64,000 bases of DNA from the NCBI GenBank assembly GCA_964621595.1, contig CAZUPO010000001.1, positions 14,758-78,757 on the forward strand, written 5' to 3'. The DNA comes from an uncultured Candidatus Saccharibacteria bacterium. Its GTDB lineage: Bacteria; Patescibacteriota; Minisyncoccia; Phycocordibacterales; UBA5272. The position numbers and the translations under genes are program-made. Below the pieces are notes generated by a model. The model did no database searches. It saw only the letters and a program-made list of their open reading frames with translations, and was not told the origin of the DNA. Shown piece by piece: positions 37,040 through 46,786 of the stretch; positions within the stretch are counted from its first letter, which is position 1, and each line of letters opens with the position of its first letter.

Positions 37040-38185
37040 ATGACACAGACACGTAACTTACATTATTACATGCGTAACATAGTTATATCCTTTATTCTCG
37101 CTAGTACTATTGTTGGTGTTGCATGTGCACAGGCAACCCTTGTACCTGATATAGATGTCATTGAAAAAGCTAAGGTACTTGAGGTCTCAGATGCCACAAC
37201 CAGTTCAGAACTTGCTATAGAAAGAAAAATACAAACGCTTAAGGTGGAAATACTTGAGGGTCTTGATGAAGGGAAAATAATTACATTCAAAAATGACTCA
37301 CCAACACAACTTAGTAAAGATGAATTATTTTATATACGACATCAAAAAGACACCTTTTCAGATAACGACTACTGGATAGTATCAGACCCCTATCGCCTAG
37401 ATGTACTACTATATCTGTTACTGATGTTTCTTGTTCTACTCTTTTTGTTCGGAGGGCTACAAGGTATTCGTGGGTTAGCATCTCTTGCTGGTAGTCTGGT
37501 ATTAATTTTTTATGTTTTGATTCCTGGCATACTAGAGGGATATTCAGCTACAATTACAAGCATTGGTGTCGCTTCACTGATTATCATTACTGGATCCTAT
37601 ATAACTCATGGATTTACAAGAACCACCTCTTCTGCCGTACTTGGTATGATCGCAACTGTGATCGTCGTTGGTTTGGTAACTTACTATGCTATTTATTCTG
37701 GGCGACTCACAGGTTTTAGTTCTGAGGAAAGCATGTACCTTAGCATGAATTCTCAAGGGATAATTAATATGGTTGGATTGTTATTCGGGGGCATTATGAT
37801 AGGTCTTCTTGGTGTCCTCTACGACATAGCCATTGGTCAAGCCGTTGCAGTAGAAGAACTCTACCGAGCAGGACACCACCTAACACGAAAAGAAATTTAT
37901 AGGCGTGCGATTCGTATTGGAAGAGAACATATTGGCGCACTTGTAAATACACTCGCTATTGCTTACGTTGGTGTCGCGCTTCCACTTATTCTTCTAGCTA
38001 CACAAACCAAAGGAACAGGGCTACTGCCTATTATCAACAGTGAAATATTTGCCACTGAAGCCGTTCGTATTCTTGTGGGAAGTATGGGGCTTATTATTGC
38101 AGTACCAATCACCACAGGTATTGCCACATACATGCTTTCTCATATGGAGGGTAAGGGCGGTTCCACACATAGCCACAAACATTAG
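37040..38185 (+). CDS. YibE/F-family membrane protein with a His-rich C-terminus
   Basis: N-terminal extracellular domain plus a polytopic YibE/F-like core; co-oriented directly after the Fur-family gene. Confidence 0.7.
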   Translation: MTQTRNLHYYMRNIVISFILASTIVGVACAQATLVPDIDVIEKAKVLEVSDATTSSELAIERKIQTLKVEILEGLDEGKIITFKNDSPTQLSKDELFYIRHQKDTFSDNDYWIVSDPYRLDVLLYLLLMFLVLLFLFGGLQGIRGLASLAGSLVLIFYVLIPGILEGYSATITSIGVASLIIITGSYITHGFTRTTSSAVLGMIATVIVVGLVTYYAIYSGRLTGFSSEESMYLSMNSQGIINMVGLLFGGIMIGLLGVLYDIAIGQAVAVEELYRAGHHLTRKEIYRRAIRIGREHIGALVNTLAIAYVGVALPLILLATQTKGTGLLPIINSEIFATEAVRILVGSMGLIIAVPITTGIATYMLSHMEGKGGSTHSHKH

Positions 38186-38214
38186 GTGTTTAAAACATAC
38201 TGATCAATGTTTAA

Positions 38215-38745
38215 TCACAACTCCTTTTCTCTAAACAAAGTTGTGTAATCAACCCCGGGTGTTGTTTCTGTGGCATAGAGTTTGAACTCTAGTTTTTCAT
38301 ACAAAATTTGCGCAGTTGCTTCACCTGGATGTGTTGTTGTGTATAGCCGCATTCTTTTATAACCCATATCACGGGCGCGATCTATGGTCCATTCCAAAAT
38401 CTCTTTGCCAAATCCTTTTCTTCGTTCTTCTTTGCTTACACAATACCACCCCAGCCAAATGATATCTTTTGGTTCATCCAAAACGGTATACCAACCTGTA
38501 ACTCCAATTGTTTTCTGTTCCTCATTTTTTACGATAAAGTATTTCAATATATCTAAACGGTGCCTCGTGATAAATTCTTTATGAGCCTCTCCATCAACAC
38601 TTACACGATAGGCAACTTCAGGACTATCATCCGTATCAAAATCATCAGGAAACACTTCCCGCACCAACCTAATCGCGTCATCAATATTTTCTGAAGAAAG
38701 TGGGAAGTACGAGAGCATACGCCTAAGTATATCGAAAAATAGCAC
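38215..38745 (-). CDS. GNAT-family N-acetyltransferase
   Basis: RRKGFGKEILEW acetyl-CoA-binding motif. Confidence 0.75.
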   Translation of the reverse strand: MLFFDILRRMLSYFPLSSENIDDAIRLVREVFPDDFDTDDSPEVAYRVSVDGEAHKEFITRHRLDILKYFIVKNEEQKTIGVTGWYTVLDEPKDIIWLGWYCVSKEERRKGFGKEILEWTIDRARDMGYKRMRLYTTTHPGEATAQILYEKLEFKLYATETTPGVDYTTLFREKEL

Positions 38746-38808
38746 GCGATACGAATCACTACCCTAAATACAGGCTACTATTCGCAATCGGAGAGAATTT
38801 AAAAAATA

Positions 38809-39261
38809 CTACTTCCCCTTCTCCACAATTTTTTTGAGTTCGTCTATCACTGCTTTTTCCCAGAATTTCATTGAGTACCACTTGATAAGTGGGGTTGCTA
38901 CCACTCGTAGCCATGCTTTATGAATAGTGACTTGGTATGTGTAGTCGATGAGTGCACCACCTTCGTGCGGCGATATGAGAAGTTCTTCATGACCTGAGGT
39001 TCCAAACTGATAACTATCATTATCTGATATGAATCCCCTACCCGGAAGAATTTCTGTTTTCATCTTCACGCGAAACTGACTCCCAAACGATTTCACTGTT
39101 GCTTCCATCTCTAAATGATTTCCATCTTGTTTAAGAACATCTATCGACTGTGCAACTTTTGGAAAATGTTTCGGAAAATTTTTGAAATCAGCCATGATAC
39201 CAAACACATCTTCTGGAGTTGCTTTGATAATCCACGTTTTATGAAGTGTGGTGTGATTCAT
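38809..39261 (-). CDS. SRPBCC-superfamily protein (START/Bet v1-like)
   Basis: Length and pattern fit the polyketide cyclase / AHSA1-like fold. Confidence 0.55.
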   Translation of the reverse strand: MNHTTLHKTWIIKATPEDVFGIMADFKNFPKHFPKVAQSIDVLKQDGNHLEMEATVKSFGSQFRVKMKTEILPGRGFISDNDSYQFGTSGHEELLISPHEGGALIDYTYQVTIHKAWLRVVATPLIKWYSMKFWEKAVIDELKKIVEKGK

Positions 39262-39509
39262 AGGCGTCCCAAATAAGCGAGTGTTGTTAGTATAAGAAGT
39301 TGCACAAGGATAGCAAGAGGAAGTTTTTTAGATTCTGAAAGGGATGAGAGGAATACCGTGAAAGATAACGCATAGACAACACCTGCGGTTACAACAACGA
39401 TTAAAAGATTCGGTCCCTCCGGATCATCAAAAAATGCAAACATCGACCTCGAACCCAAAAGCGCGGTGACCGCAAGAAGGGTTAGTGAGATTTTTTTAGA
39501 TAGGTGCAT
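39258..39509 (-). CDS. Small hypothetical membrane protein
   Basis: Two or three TM helices; 4-nt overlap with the upstream gene. Confidence 0.4.
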   Translation of the reverse strand: MHLSKKISLTLLAVTALLGSRSMFAFFDDPEGPNLLIVVVTAGVVYALSFTVFLSSLSESKKLPLAILVQLLILTTLAYLGRL

Positions 39510-39512
39510 ATA

Positions 39513-39992
39513 TTACTCCCCTCGTCGGGCGGCGTCTATTTTTGCTACATCTATTTTCTGCATGGTCATCATAGCGTCGAATGCTCGCTTCGCCTCATCT
39601 CCTCCTTTTGTGAGTGCTTCTGTTAGTGTTCGTGGGGTGATCTGCCATGACACTCCCCACTTGTCCTTACACCAACCACAAGCACTTTCCACTCCACCAT
39701 TTCCAACTATTGCATTCCAGTACTTATCTGTCTCTTCTTGATCATCTGTTGCAATCTGAAAAGAAAATGATTCACTTTGTTTGAATGTTGGCCCACCATT
39801 TATTCCCATACACTGTATTCCACACACGGTAAAGTATGCCGTGAGTACATCGCCCTCCTTTCCATCTGGAAAATCGCTCGGGGCATTAAACACGTGAATT
39901 AATTTACTGTCAGGAAACGTTGCCTCATAAAATTTTGCTGCATCTTCTGCTCCCTTCTCGAACCACAAACAAATTGTATTTTTAGGTATCAT
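39513..39992 (-). CDS. PhnB-like VOC-superfamily protein (3-demethylubiquinone-9 3-methyltransferase-domain type)
   Basis: ICLWFEKGAEDAAKFY…GWCKDKWGVSWQI typical of PF06983. Confidence 0.75.
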   Translation of the reverse strand: MIPKNTICLWFEKGAEDAAKFYEATFPDSKLIHVFNAPSDFPDGKEGDVLTAYFTVCGIQCMGINGGPTFKQSESFSFQIATDDQEETDKYWNAIVGNGGVESACGWCKDKWGVSWQITPRTLTEALTKGGDEAKRAFDAMMTMQKIDVAKIDAARRGE

Positions 39993-40041
39993 GAAAATAA
40001 GTATAGCAGGTAAAATTTCGAAAATTTATAACCCATCTAAA

Positions 40042-40650
40042 CTAGATATTTTTATACCCTTTCCATTCTCTTTTCAGAAGACTGTAAAGAAGATCGTTTT
40101 GATATTCTCCGTTTACCTTGTGATAGTCTCTTAAAATTCCTTCGCACGTAAATCCGAGTCTTTCTGGTATTGCTTTGCTTTTGAGATTATTCATCTCACA
40201 CTGGATTTCAATACGATTGAGATTTAATTCCGTAAAACCATAGTTGATGATTGCTTTCACACACGCAGTCATGATCCCCTTACCCTGATACTCTCTATCG
40301 AGCCAATACCCTATGGCGGCCCTGTGGTGATCGTGTCGGATATCATGAAAGCCCATTGAACCGACCCACTTCCCCTCGTACAGAACTCCGAAGTCGGCGC
40401 TTGTTTTTTCTTCAAAACCCTTTTTACATTTCAGAATAAAATCTTCTACATCTTTATCAGATGTTGTTGTATCGATCCAATCCAAATATGGACGAAACGC
40501 TTCTCGATTCTTTTCCACCAACTGAAAAAAGTGTTGAGCATCTTCCGGCTTTCTTAATCGTAAAGAAAGATTATCGTGTACTTTTAGTTCAAAATCCATA
40601 CTGGAAGTATACCACTTGGGTTGTTGGGCAGGATTGAAATTTAAAAGCAA
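40042..40650 (-). CDS. GNAT-family N-acetyltransferase (RimJ/RimL-like)
   Basis: GYWLDREYQGKGIMTACVKA motif. Confidence 0.8.
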   Translation of the reverse strand: MLLNFNPAQQPKWYTSSMDFELKVHDNLSLRLRKPEDAQHFFQLVEKNREAFRPYLDWIDTTTSDKDVEDFILKCKKGFEEKTSADFGVLYEGKWVGSMGFHDIRHDHHRAAIGYWLDREYQGKGIMTACVKAIINYGFTELNLNRIEIQCEMNNLKSKAIPERLGFTCEGILRDYHKVNGEYQNDLLYSLLKREWKGYKNI

Positions 40651-40695
40651 AAACCCGCAGAAGCGGATCGTTGCTAATGCGAGTGGTATTGGGCC

Positions 40696-41061
40696 CTAGG
40701 GCTGGACGGTCGTCGCCTTGAAGAGGTCGAATTCGTCGTCACCCAGCGGGTTGTTGTAGTCCGGCATGAAGTCCATGTCGCGACGCGCATCCACGGAACT
40801 ATCGTGAGTGCGGAAGTCGCAGTCGTCACCGAAGGTGATGCCGGGATCACCGTTGGCGGCAGCCCCTTCGCAGATGTGCCGCTGGAGTTCCTCCGCCTTG
40901 GGAGTCATGACGCGGAGCACCTTCATGCCACCCATCCGACCACGCTGCACCTTGGTGATGCCGAAACCCGTGGCCGTGTTCCTCAGGTACTTGATGAGCC
41001 GCTCCACCTCCACGGAGGTGTCGTAGCCGGTGTAGACATCCAAGCAGTACGATTCTTGCAA
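40696..41061 (-). CDS. Hypothetical protein J, GC-rich cassette (probable TTG start)
   Basis: AAGGAG RBS 7 nt before TTG at 41061, where GC rises; the alternative ATG at 41121 lacks an RBS. Confidence 0.4.
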   Translation of the reverse strand: MQESYCLDVYTGYDTSVEVERLIKYLRNTATGFGITKVQRGRMGGMKVLRVMTPKAEELQRHICEGAAANGDPGITFGDDCDFRTHDSSVDARRDMDFMPDYNNPLGDDEFDLFKATTVQP

Positions 41062-41184
41062 GGCAATTCTCCTTTTCAAAATTACTCTATTAAGGGAAGG
41101 GTTGTACCCGTCTTGTAACATACTACAATATGAAAATAATTCTGTCTAGTTGCTGGTCGAATCGAACTAAAAATTCTTGGAACA

Positions 41185-41474
41185 AAATTGGATGTATTAT
41201 ACATTCCTCTAATCTTCAGATTTACTATCAAACTCCGTCTGCATTCTGGTCATCCATGCGTTTTTATTTTCACCAGTTCTGGCTTCCATACTCATAATAC
41301 TAGCCGTGTGTGCTTCATCAGATGTCATGTGAGGCATTCCTTTCTGGATAACTTCCATAAAAGTATCTCCAGAAAATTTCTCGTCGCAAGTTCCTCCCAA
41401 TTCTCGACATGTAAATGTTTTGCTCATATGAATTGAGTATACCATTTTTTCTGCGCTATTTTTGTGTGTTGCTG
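41185..41474. repeat. 290-bp direct repeat R1a (100% identical to 44141-44430) carrying a DUF1059 gene
   Basis: Identical ORF translations at +2956 offset; nucleotide-level identity over 290 bp. Confidence 0.9.
41209..41427 (-). CDS. DUF1059-family small protein (copy 1)
   Basis: MSKTFTCRELGGTCDEKFSG…H…H fits the DUF1059 C..G.CD pattern; the plus-strand 82-aa ORF is antisense noise. Confidence 0.6.
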   Translation of the reverse strand: MSKTFTCRELGGTCDEKFSGDTFMEVIQKGMPHMTSDEAHTASIMSMEARTGENKNAWMTRMQTEFDSKSED

Positions 41475-41580
41475 AGCGTCTCGGGTTAGAACCAAAGGGT
41501 TCATTGCACTGTAAGGCTTTGGTGGCTATTTTTAGTATAGCATTTCCACGCGTCTCGAGCGCTGTAAAATTACTGTCGAA

Positions 41581-42996
41581 TTACTTATAGTTGTTTCTTT
41601 TGTGTTCAATATAATCAACGAGCAATTCATAAAATAAACTCTCGTCTCTAACATCTTCTGCCTTTACAAAAGAATTTTCAAAAGTATCCCATTCAATTAG
41701 ATATTTTTTCCAATAGAATGATTTTTCTGGTCTTTCTGGTTTTAGCGATTTAAGCATAGCCGTTATATAAGGCTTGAACGGCATTCTCTCTTGTGTTCTT
41801 CGTGGTGATTCTTTGATGATAGAAATGACTTTTAGGAAGCCTTTTATGTCTGTAAAGCTTAATATTGCGACCCGGATAGCAATATTAAAATACATTTCAA
41901 ATTCATCAGTTCTCAAGTTTTGAATATTAAATCCACCCTTTTTTAACTCTAGGAATTGAAACCGAGTAGGCTTAAGCAACCCTCGAAGTGTCAACGCCTG
42001 ACTTTCAACTGCACGAACAAAAATATGTTCAAGAAACAATTTAATATATCCTCCCTCCCCAATAGCACTTATCATTTGAGGATTTTCATTTTTTATACTT
42101 TTAACTATTTCTTCAACAGTATCTACCACAGCTTGCTGGTTATCGAAGCGATACGGAGCAATAGTAAAAAACTTATTCACGTAACCTGAAAAGTCCGTCT
42201 CAACGCCATACTTGTGATGAAATATGTGCTCAAGATTTGCGTAATCTGCGACAACGATTATGATATCGAACCCAAACCTATTCTCATTTTCTCGTTCAAA
42301 AAAGGCAGAGAGGAGATTTAGCACCCTAAATATATGCTCTGGATCTACCCTGTCTAAATCATCCAAAATAAGAACACTTTTCTTTATGCCTTTTTGTTGT
42401 GAAATTTTTTCTTTTACCAGATTGCTAACATAATCCGGCTCAGTAATATTCTTAGATTTTATTTCAGCAGTATATTTTTCTATTAGGCCTTTATCACCTG
42501 CCTTATATTCTGTCTTAAACTCCTGAAAATCCTTATCGAGATCTAGTAAGTCTTTCAACGGTCTGCCTAATTTTGCTAAAACACTGGTTATTGGATCGGC
42601 AGACAACGAGGCAACATCTTCACCTCCTGAAATAATTTTCTGAAGAACATCGTTTACTGTATATCTATCTTTTATCCACGACCAAAATAGTAGAGACGAT
42701 TCTTTGATCCCGTTCACAGATTTTTCTTCAAAAATATCTTTATTCTTTTTTAGAAGCTCGATAATGACATCGTATTTAAGGAGACCCACAATATCATCAT
42801 TAGCACTAATTTGATAGTTTATTGGATACAAATGAAAGGCTTCATATGAATCATGATTTTCTTTGAAAAACTCATTGAGAAAATGTGTCTTTCCTGCACC
42901 AAACTTACCTGAAAATAGAATTCGAGAATTTTCTTCCATTGAAAGAAACTCACTGAAATCTTTCTTTGCGGTATCAATTGGTATTTTAATAGCCAT
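41581..42996 (-). CDS. KAP-family P-loop NTPase
   Basis: Walker A GKFGAGKTHFL and the KAP-specific Walker B VLILDDLDRVDP; 471 aa. Confidence 0.75.
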   Translation of the reverse strand: MAIKIPIDTAKKDFSEFLSMEENSRILFSGKFGAGKTHFLNEFFKENHDSYEAFHLYPINYQISANDDIVGLLKYDVIIELLKKNKDIFEEKSVNGIKESSLLFWSWIKDRYTVNDVLQKIISGGEDVASLSADPITSVLAKLGRPLKDLLDLDKDFQEFKTEYKAGDKGLIEKYTAEIKSKNITEPDYVSNLVKEKISQQKGIKKSVLILDDLDRVDPEHIFRVLNLLSAFFERENENRFGFDIIIVVADYANLEHIFHHKYGVETDFSGYVNKFFTIAPYRFDNQQAVVDTVEEIVKSIKNENPQMISAIGEGGYIKLFLEHIFVRAVESQALTLRGLLKPTRFQFLELKKGGFNIQNLRTDEFEMYFNIAIRVAILSFTDIKGFLKVISIIKESPRRTQERMPFKPYITAMLKSLKPERPEKSFYWKKYLIEWDTFENSFVKAEDVRDESLFYELLVDYIEHKRNNYK

Positions 42997-43060
42997 GAGT
43001 TGATTATATCGCTGTTAGTAAAAAAACAGAATGGACGCATCCTGAGCGACGCTCTTGTTT

Positions 43061-43251
43061 GCTGGGGTACAAGGACTCGGTCACGAAGTCTATTTTTAGA
43101 TTACAAAAAATATAAGACTTCTCGACCCCGTATTCGAGTCCTTGCCGAAAGTGACGCAGGTCACTTTCTTACCCCATCAAAGCGTAAGTTTAAAGAATGC
43201 TACGCATACAGTATATAATTCGCTTTGCTGGGGTACAAGGACTCGAACCTC
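43061..43251. repeat. 191-bp direct repeat R2a (copy of 46597-46786) containing two tRNA-Gln 3'-end fragments
   Basis: tRNA 3'-end copies at 43059-43080 and 43227-43252; internal 9-bp perfect hairpin GAAAGTGAC-GCAG-GTCACTTTC. Confidence 0.85.
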
Positions 43252-43381
43252 TTCGGATGCCAGGAACTCAGCTCAAGTTGGGTTGATATGGACAAAGTAT
43301 AAAAAATATTGTAGTGTACTTTTTAGCGGGTCACTCTTCCCCAACCAATTAAGAGGATCATTCCACCTATGAGGAGGCTCT

Positions 43382-43981
43382 ATGCCCGCACTCGATCGAC
43401 AAGAAGGATACTTGGTAGCGCACGAAACCCTGCTGGCCGAACTCAAGGCCATGTGGGCAGATCCCAAGGTCCAGCTCTACAACGATGCGGAGCTTCCCGC
43501 GTTCAGCGATACCGCCGTGTTCCTGGCCGGGCCGACGTCGCGCAACCAGATCCTGGAATGCCAGTGGCGTGCCAAAGCGGTCGCGTTTCTGCGCAAATAC
43601 GGCTTCGAAGGATGGATCTACTGCCCGGAACCGCGGGGATTCGAAGCTCCCGGCGATTTCACCGAACGGGGCTACATCCACCGCTGGGAATCCAGTCGGC
43701 TCTTCACGCCCACCACGTGTGCTGAGTACGCCGTGTTCTGGATCCCGCGCAAGGCCGACGAACTGCTCGGGCTCAACACGAACCTCGAGCTCGGCATCAT
43801 GATCGGCAAGTGCATGATGCGAAACGATTACGAGCGGAGGAAGCTCTTCGTCGGTTGGCCGGACAGCGCGGAGCGCATGGGACTCCCGAACCATTACATG
43901 GGCGAGATCGTCCTCGAGCGGTACACCGCGCTTGACACAATCTGCGCCGACCTGGCCGCATCCGTCAGGAATCGCCGTTAG
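43382..43981 (+). CDS. Nucleoside 2-deoxyribosyltransferase / DNPH1(Rcl)-like protein, GC-rich cassette K
   Basis: AVFLAGPTSRN (cf. YFCGSIRGG) and NTNLELGIMIGK (cf. S.GVGYELG, catalytic Glu); RBS AGGAGG. Confidence 0.5.
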   Translation: MPALDRQEGYLVAHETLLAELKAMWADPKVQLYNDAELPAFSDTAVFLAGPTSRNQILECQWRAKAVAFLRKYGFEGWIYCPEPRGFEAPGDFTERGYIHRWESSRLFTPTTCAEYAVFWIPRKADELLGLNTNLELGIMIGKCMMRNDYERRKLFVGWPDSAERMGLPNHYMGEIVLERYTALDTICADLAASVRNRR

Positions 43982-44001
43982 GATCTCTTCACGAGGTCCG
44001 G

Positions 44002-44030
44002 AAGCCACCTTCGGGTGGCTTTTTTCTTTC
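44002..44030 (+). terminator. Intrinsic terminator (GCCACC-TTCG-GGTGGC followed by TTTTTTCTTTC)
   Basis: UUCG tetraloop hairpin plus T-run. Confidence 0.75.
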
Positions 44031-44140
44031 ATAAAATAAGTTAAAAGTTCGAGTGCCCTAAGAGGGTCAATAAAACTACATTTTTTGTTCACACAAAACC
44101 CTTATGAATTCAGTGCAACTTGGACGCTAGAACCTAGCTC

Positions 44141-44430
44141 AAATTGGATGTATTATACATTCCTCTAATCTTCAGATTTACTATCAAACTCCGTCTGCAT
44201 TCTGGTCATCCATGCGTTTTTATTTTCACCAGTTCTGGCTTCCATACTCATAATACTAGCCGTGTGTGCTTCATCAGATGTCATGTGAGGCATTCCTTTC
44301 TGGATAACTTCCATAAAAGTATCTCCAGAAAATTTCTCGTCGCAAGTTCCTCCCAATTCTCGACATGTAAATGTTTTGCTCATATGAATTGAGTATACCA
44401 TTTTTTCTGCGCTATTTTTGTGTGTTGCTG
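44141..44430. repeat. 290-bp direct repeat R1b (identical to 41185-41474)
   Basis: See R1a. Confidence 0.9.
44165..44383 (-). CDS. DUF1059-family small protein (copy 2, identical)
   Basis: Identical to copy 1. Confidence 0.6.
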   Translation of the reverse strand: MSKTFTCRELGGTCDEKFSGDTFMEVIQKGMPHMTSDEAHTASIMSMEARTGENKNAWMTRMQTEFDSKSED

Positions 44431-44506
44431 GGAGTTGGGTGGGAAGTTGAAACTTTTTTGTTTGTAAATGGGGTATAATTCAATTATATATATTAATTAT
44501 AAAAAA

Positions 44507-45121
44507 ATGAAAAAAACACTTGTTTTTGTCTTTTGTTTCTTGCTAACACAATCAGTTTTTGCTCTAACTCTAACTCCACCAAGAATTGAACTCACACTAA
44601 GTAGGGGTGAGAGCGCCTCAAGTGAACTTGTTGTAATAAATGAAGAACTTCCAAACAATACACCAGATAAAACTTATTATATTTCTGTTGAAAAACTCAA
44701 TAACAAGAAGTCAGGAATATCTTTTACATCAGGTGACTATAGTAATTTAGTTAAAGTGCCCGAGAAGATTACAATTAGGAACGGGGCAACTGTAAAAATA
44801 CCATTCTTAGTCACTCTTCCAGACGACGCTATCCAAACATACAATTTTACGATATTTTTGAGTACTTATAAACCCGAAGATGAAGGGGAAGTTGTTGGAG
44901 CAAAAGTGGGTTCTTTTCTTTTGATTCATGTGCCAAATGGTTACACAGAATCAGCGGTAGTTACTCAACCTGTAAAAGTAAATTTAGTTAAGAAAGCTCC
45001 TGCAATAACCCTAGTAAGTACCAGCACAAAAGAACAACCTGTTTCTGGTTCAGTAAGAAGTTTTAGGGATAAATTTATGAATTGGATTATCTCTTTTAAA
45101 AACATTTGGGTTAATAATTAA
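44507..45121 (+). CDS. Hypothetical secreted protein
   Basis: Signal peptide MKKTLVFVFCFLLTQSVFA; start taken at the MKKT codon. Confidence 0.55.
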   Translation: MKKTLVFVFCFLLTQSVFALTLTPPRIELTLSRGESASSELVVINEELPNNTPDKTYYISVEKLNNKKSGISFTSGDYSNLVKVPEKITIRNGATVKIPFLVTLPDDAIQTYNFTIFLSTYKPEDEGEVVGAKVGSFLLIHVPNGYTESAVVTQPVKVNLVKKAPAITLVSTSTKEQPVSGSVRSFRDKFMNWIISFKNIWVNN

Positions 45122-45241
45122 TACTTTATTAAATTAGTTATTTTGTTTCTGATCTCATCGGATTCGGATATTTCCATACCTTACCCAGCAAACTTTTATA
45201 AGCATTTTCAGTTGTACTATTTTAATGCACTTCGGAACAAC

Positions 45242-45679
45242 CTAATTCCACCTGAGGAGGTATAGGAAACCTCCAATAATTACCCCTGCTACAACAGCAA
45301 GAAAAACTATTCCAAATGGTTTTTCATACCAATTTTTCGGATGTCGTTTTTCATTTTTTTGATTTTCGAACTTTATAAGAGTGCCGTCACCAACTATAGT
45401 GTTATCTTTAATTACCCCGCTGAAATAATTGTGATTTTCCTGACTGTGGCTACTCACACTATTACCAGTTCTACTTTTTACCGAAAGCCTTTCATATAAA
45501 AGTTTTCTTTTGTATTCGGTATCAGCAATATCTTTTTTAATTAAATAGATATCTCTACCTCTCCAACGATATGATTCTTCACTAGCATTCTTCTCTTCAC
45601 GTAATTGAATTAGCCTAGAATCAAGAAGCTCTAGTTGTTGTTCTTCGGGGAGTCCTCTTCTCCAAAAATAATTGTCCAT
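45242..45679 (-). CDS. Hypothetical protein with a C-terminal TM anchor
   Basis: AT-rich ORF; C-terminal hydrophobic helix. Confidence 0.5.
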   Translation of the reverse strand: MDNYFWRRGLPEEQQLELLDSRLIQLREEKNASEESYRWRGRDIYLIKKDIADTEYKRKLLYERLSVKSRTGNSVSSHSQENHNYFSGVIKDNTIVGDGTLIKFENQKNEKRHPKNWYEKPFGIVFLAVVAGVIIGGFLYLLRWN

Positions 45680-45711
45680 AGTTATGTTGTATTTAACTTC
45701 TCCTACACATT

Positions 45712-46554
45712 TTATTTTTCTGAAATTTCTTCTATCGCCTCGCGTGTGGTTTTTATTTGTTTACCATTTGGTAATGTTAGAATTGTCTCAATCCGAGCGA
45801 GCAACTCTGTTGGTTCCTGTCTATTATCCTCAACTCGAATCTCTCCTGTTTTACCATCAATAATCAAATGGGCTTTTTCACTAGTACCATCCCTTTTTCC
45901 TATTAAAAGATGTTGATCCTCGCCTTGGGAACGGGACTCAACGAAAAGACCTTCTGTCTCAAGTCGTTTCTTGATTGTTTTTTCAGCTTCATGCTGAGAA
46001 AGTAAATCGAGATAAGGTTGAAATGAGGGCCAGGCGGCCGGGTACGGATATCCGTCCTCAGTAGACCACCAAATTTGTCTTACAGTTTGAAGTTTTCTAA
46101 ATCGTAATCCAGGTAAGCTGTCTGGAGATAAGGTGACTTTTAAATGCTCAATTAATCCTTCGTGTAAAACCTGAACCTCGCTTGTAGTCAGCAAGTTTTC
46201 TTTTATAGCCGTTTCCTTTGCCCAAATTTCTTTTAAAACAGATTTATCTGTTTTTTCTGAACTAACAACAATGGGCAGAGATTCTTTTACTTCAGAAAGA
46301 AGGCCGTTTAAGATACGCTTTCTATTGTCTAATTCTTTGAGGTATTGAGAGCGATTAAAACTCGGATCAATATAAGAAGTTGTCATAGTCCTCTGTTGTT
46401 TAAAAAGATTTAAACCATCCCCTCCAAAAATCTGTCTTACAAGTTTTTCTGTAGACTGTTCCCATATTTGGTATTCCGGTCCCCAATTTTCAATACCTCT
46501 TAATGTATCAATTTTTGAGATTTGTTCTTTTAATTTTGAAAGGTTTTCATCCAT
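45712..46554 (-). CDS. Hypothetical protein (280 aa)
   Basis: AT-rich ORF; no motif recognised. Confidence 0.5.
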   Translation of the reverse strand: MDENLSKLKEQISKIDTLRGIENWGPEYQIWEQSTEKLVRQIFGGDGLNLFKQQRTMTTSYIDPSFNRSQYLKELDNRKRILNGLLSEVKESLPIVVSSEKTDKSVLKEIWAKETAIKENLLTTSEVQVLHEGLIEHLKVTLSPDSLPGLRFRKLQTVRQIWWSTEDGYPYPAAWPSFQPYLDLLSQHEAEKTIKKRLETEGLFVESRSQGEDQHLLIGKRDGTSEKAHLIIDGKTGEIRVEDNRQEPTELLARIETILTLPNGKQIKTTREAIEEISEK

Positions 46555-46596
46555 ATAGCTTTAATGTTTTAATACTCTTCGAACTCGCTCAACGTG

Positions 46597-46786
46597 GCTG
46601 GGGTACAAGACTCGGTCACGAAGTCTATTTTTAGATTACAAAAAATATAAGACTTCTCGACCCCGTATTCGAGTCCTTGCCGAAAGTGACGCAGGTCACT
46701 TTCTTACCCCATCAAAGCGTAAGTTTAAAGAATGCTACGCATACAGTATATAATTCGCTTTGCTGGGGTACAAGGACTCGAACCTC
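46597..46786. repeat. 190-bp direct repeat R2b; its last 24-26 nt are the genuine 3' end of tRNA-Gln
   Basis: Differs from R2a by a single G deletion in the first tRNA-fragment copy. Confidence 0.85.

Noticed and set aside
41188-41436. 82-aa plus-strand ORF present identically in both 290-bp repeats (also 44144-44392)
   Set aside because: It is antisense to the better-supported DUF1059 gene and has no RBS. It is duplicated only because the whole 290-bp segment is duplicated.
41185-46786. Could the R1/R2 direct repeats be a CRISPR array?
   Set aside because: The repeats are 190-290 bp and only two copies each, separated by kilobases of coding cargo. There is no short regular repeat-spacer periodicity.
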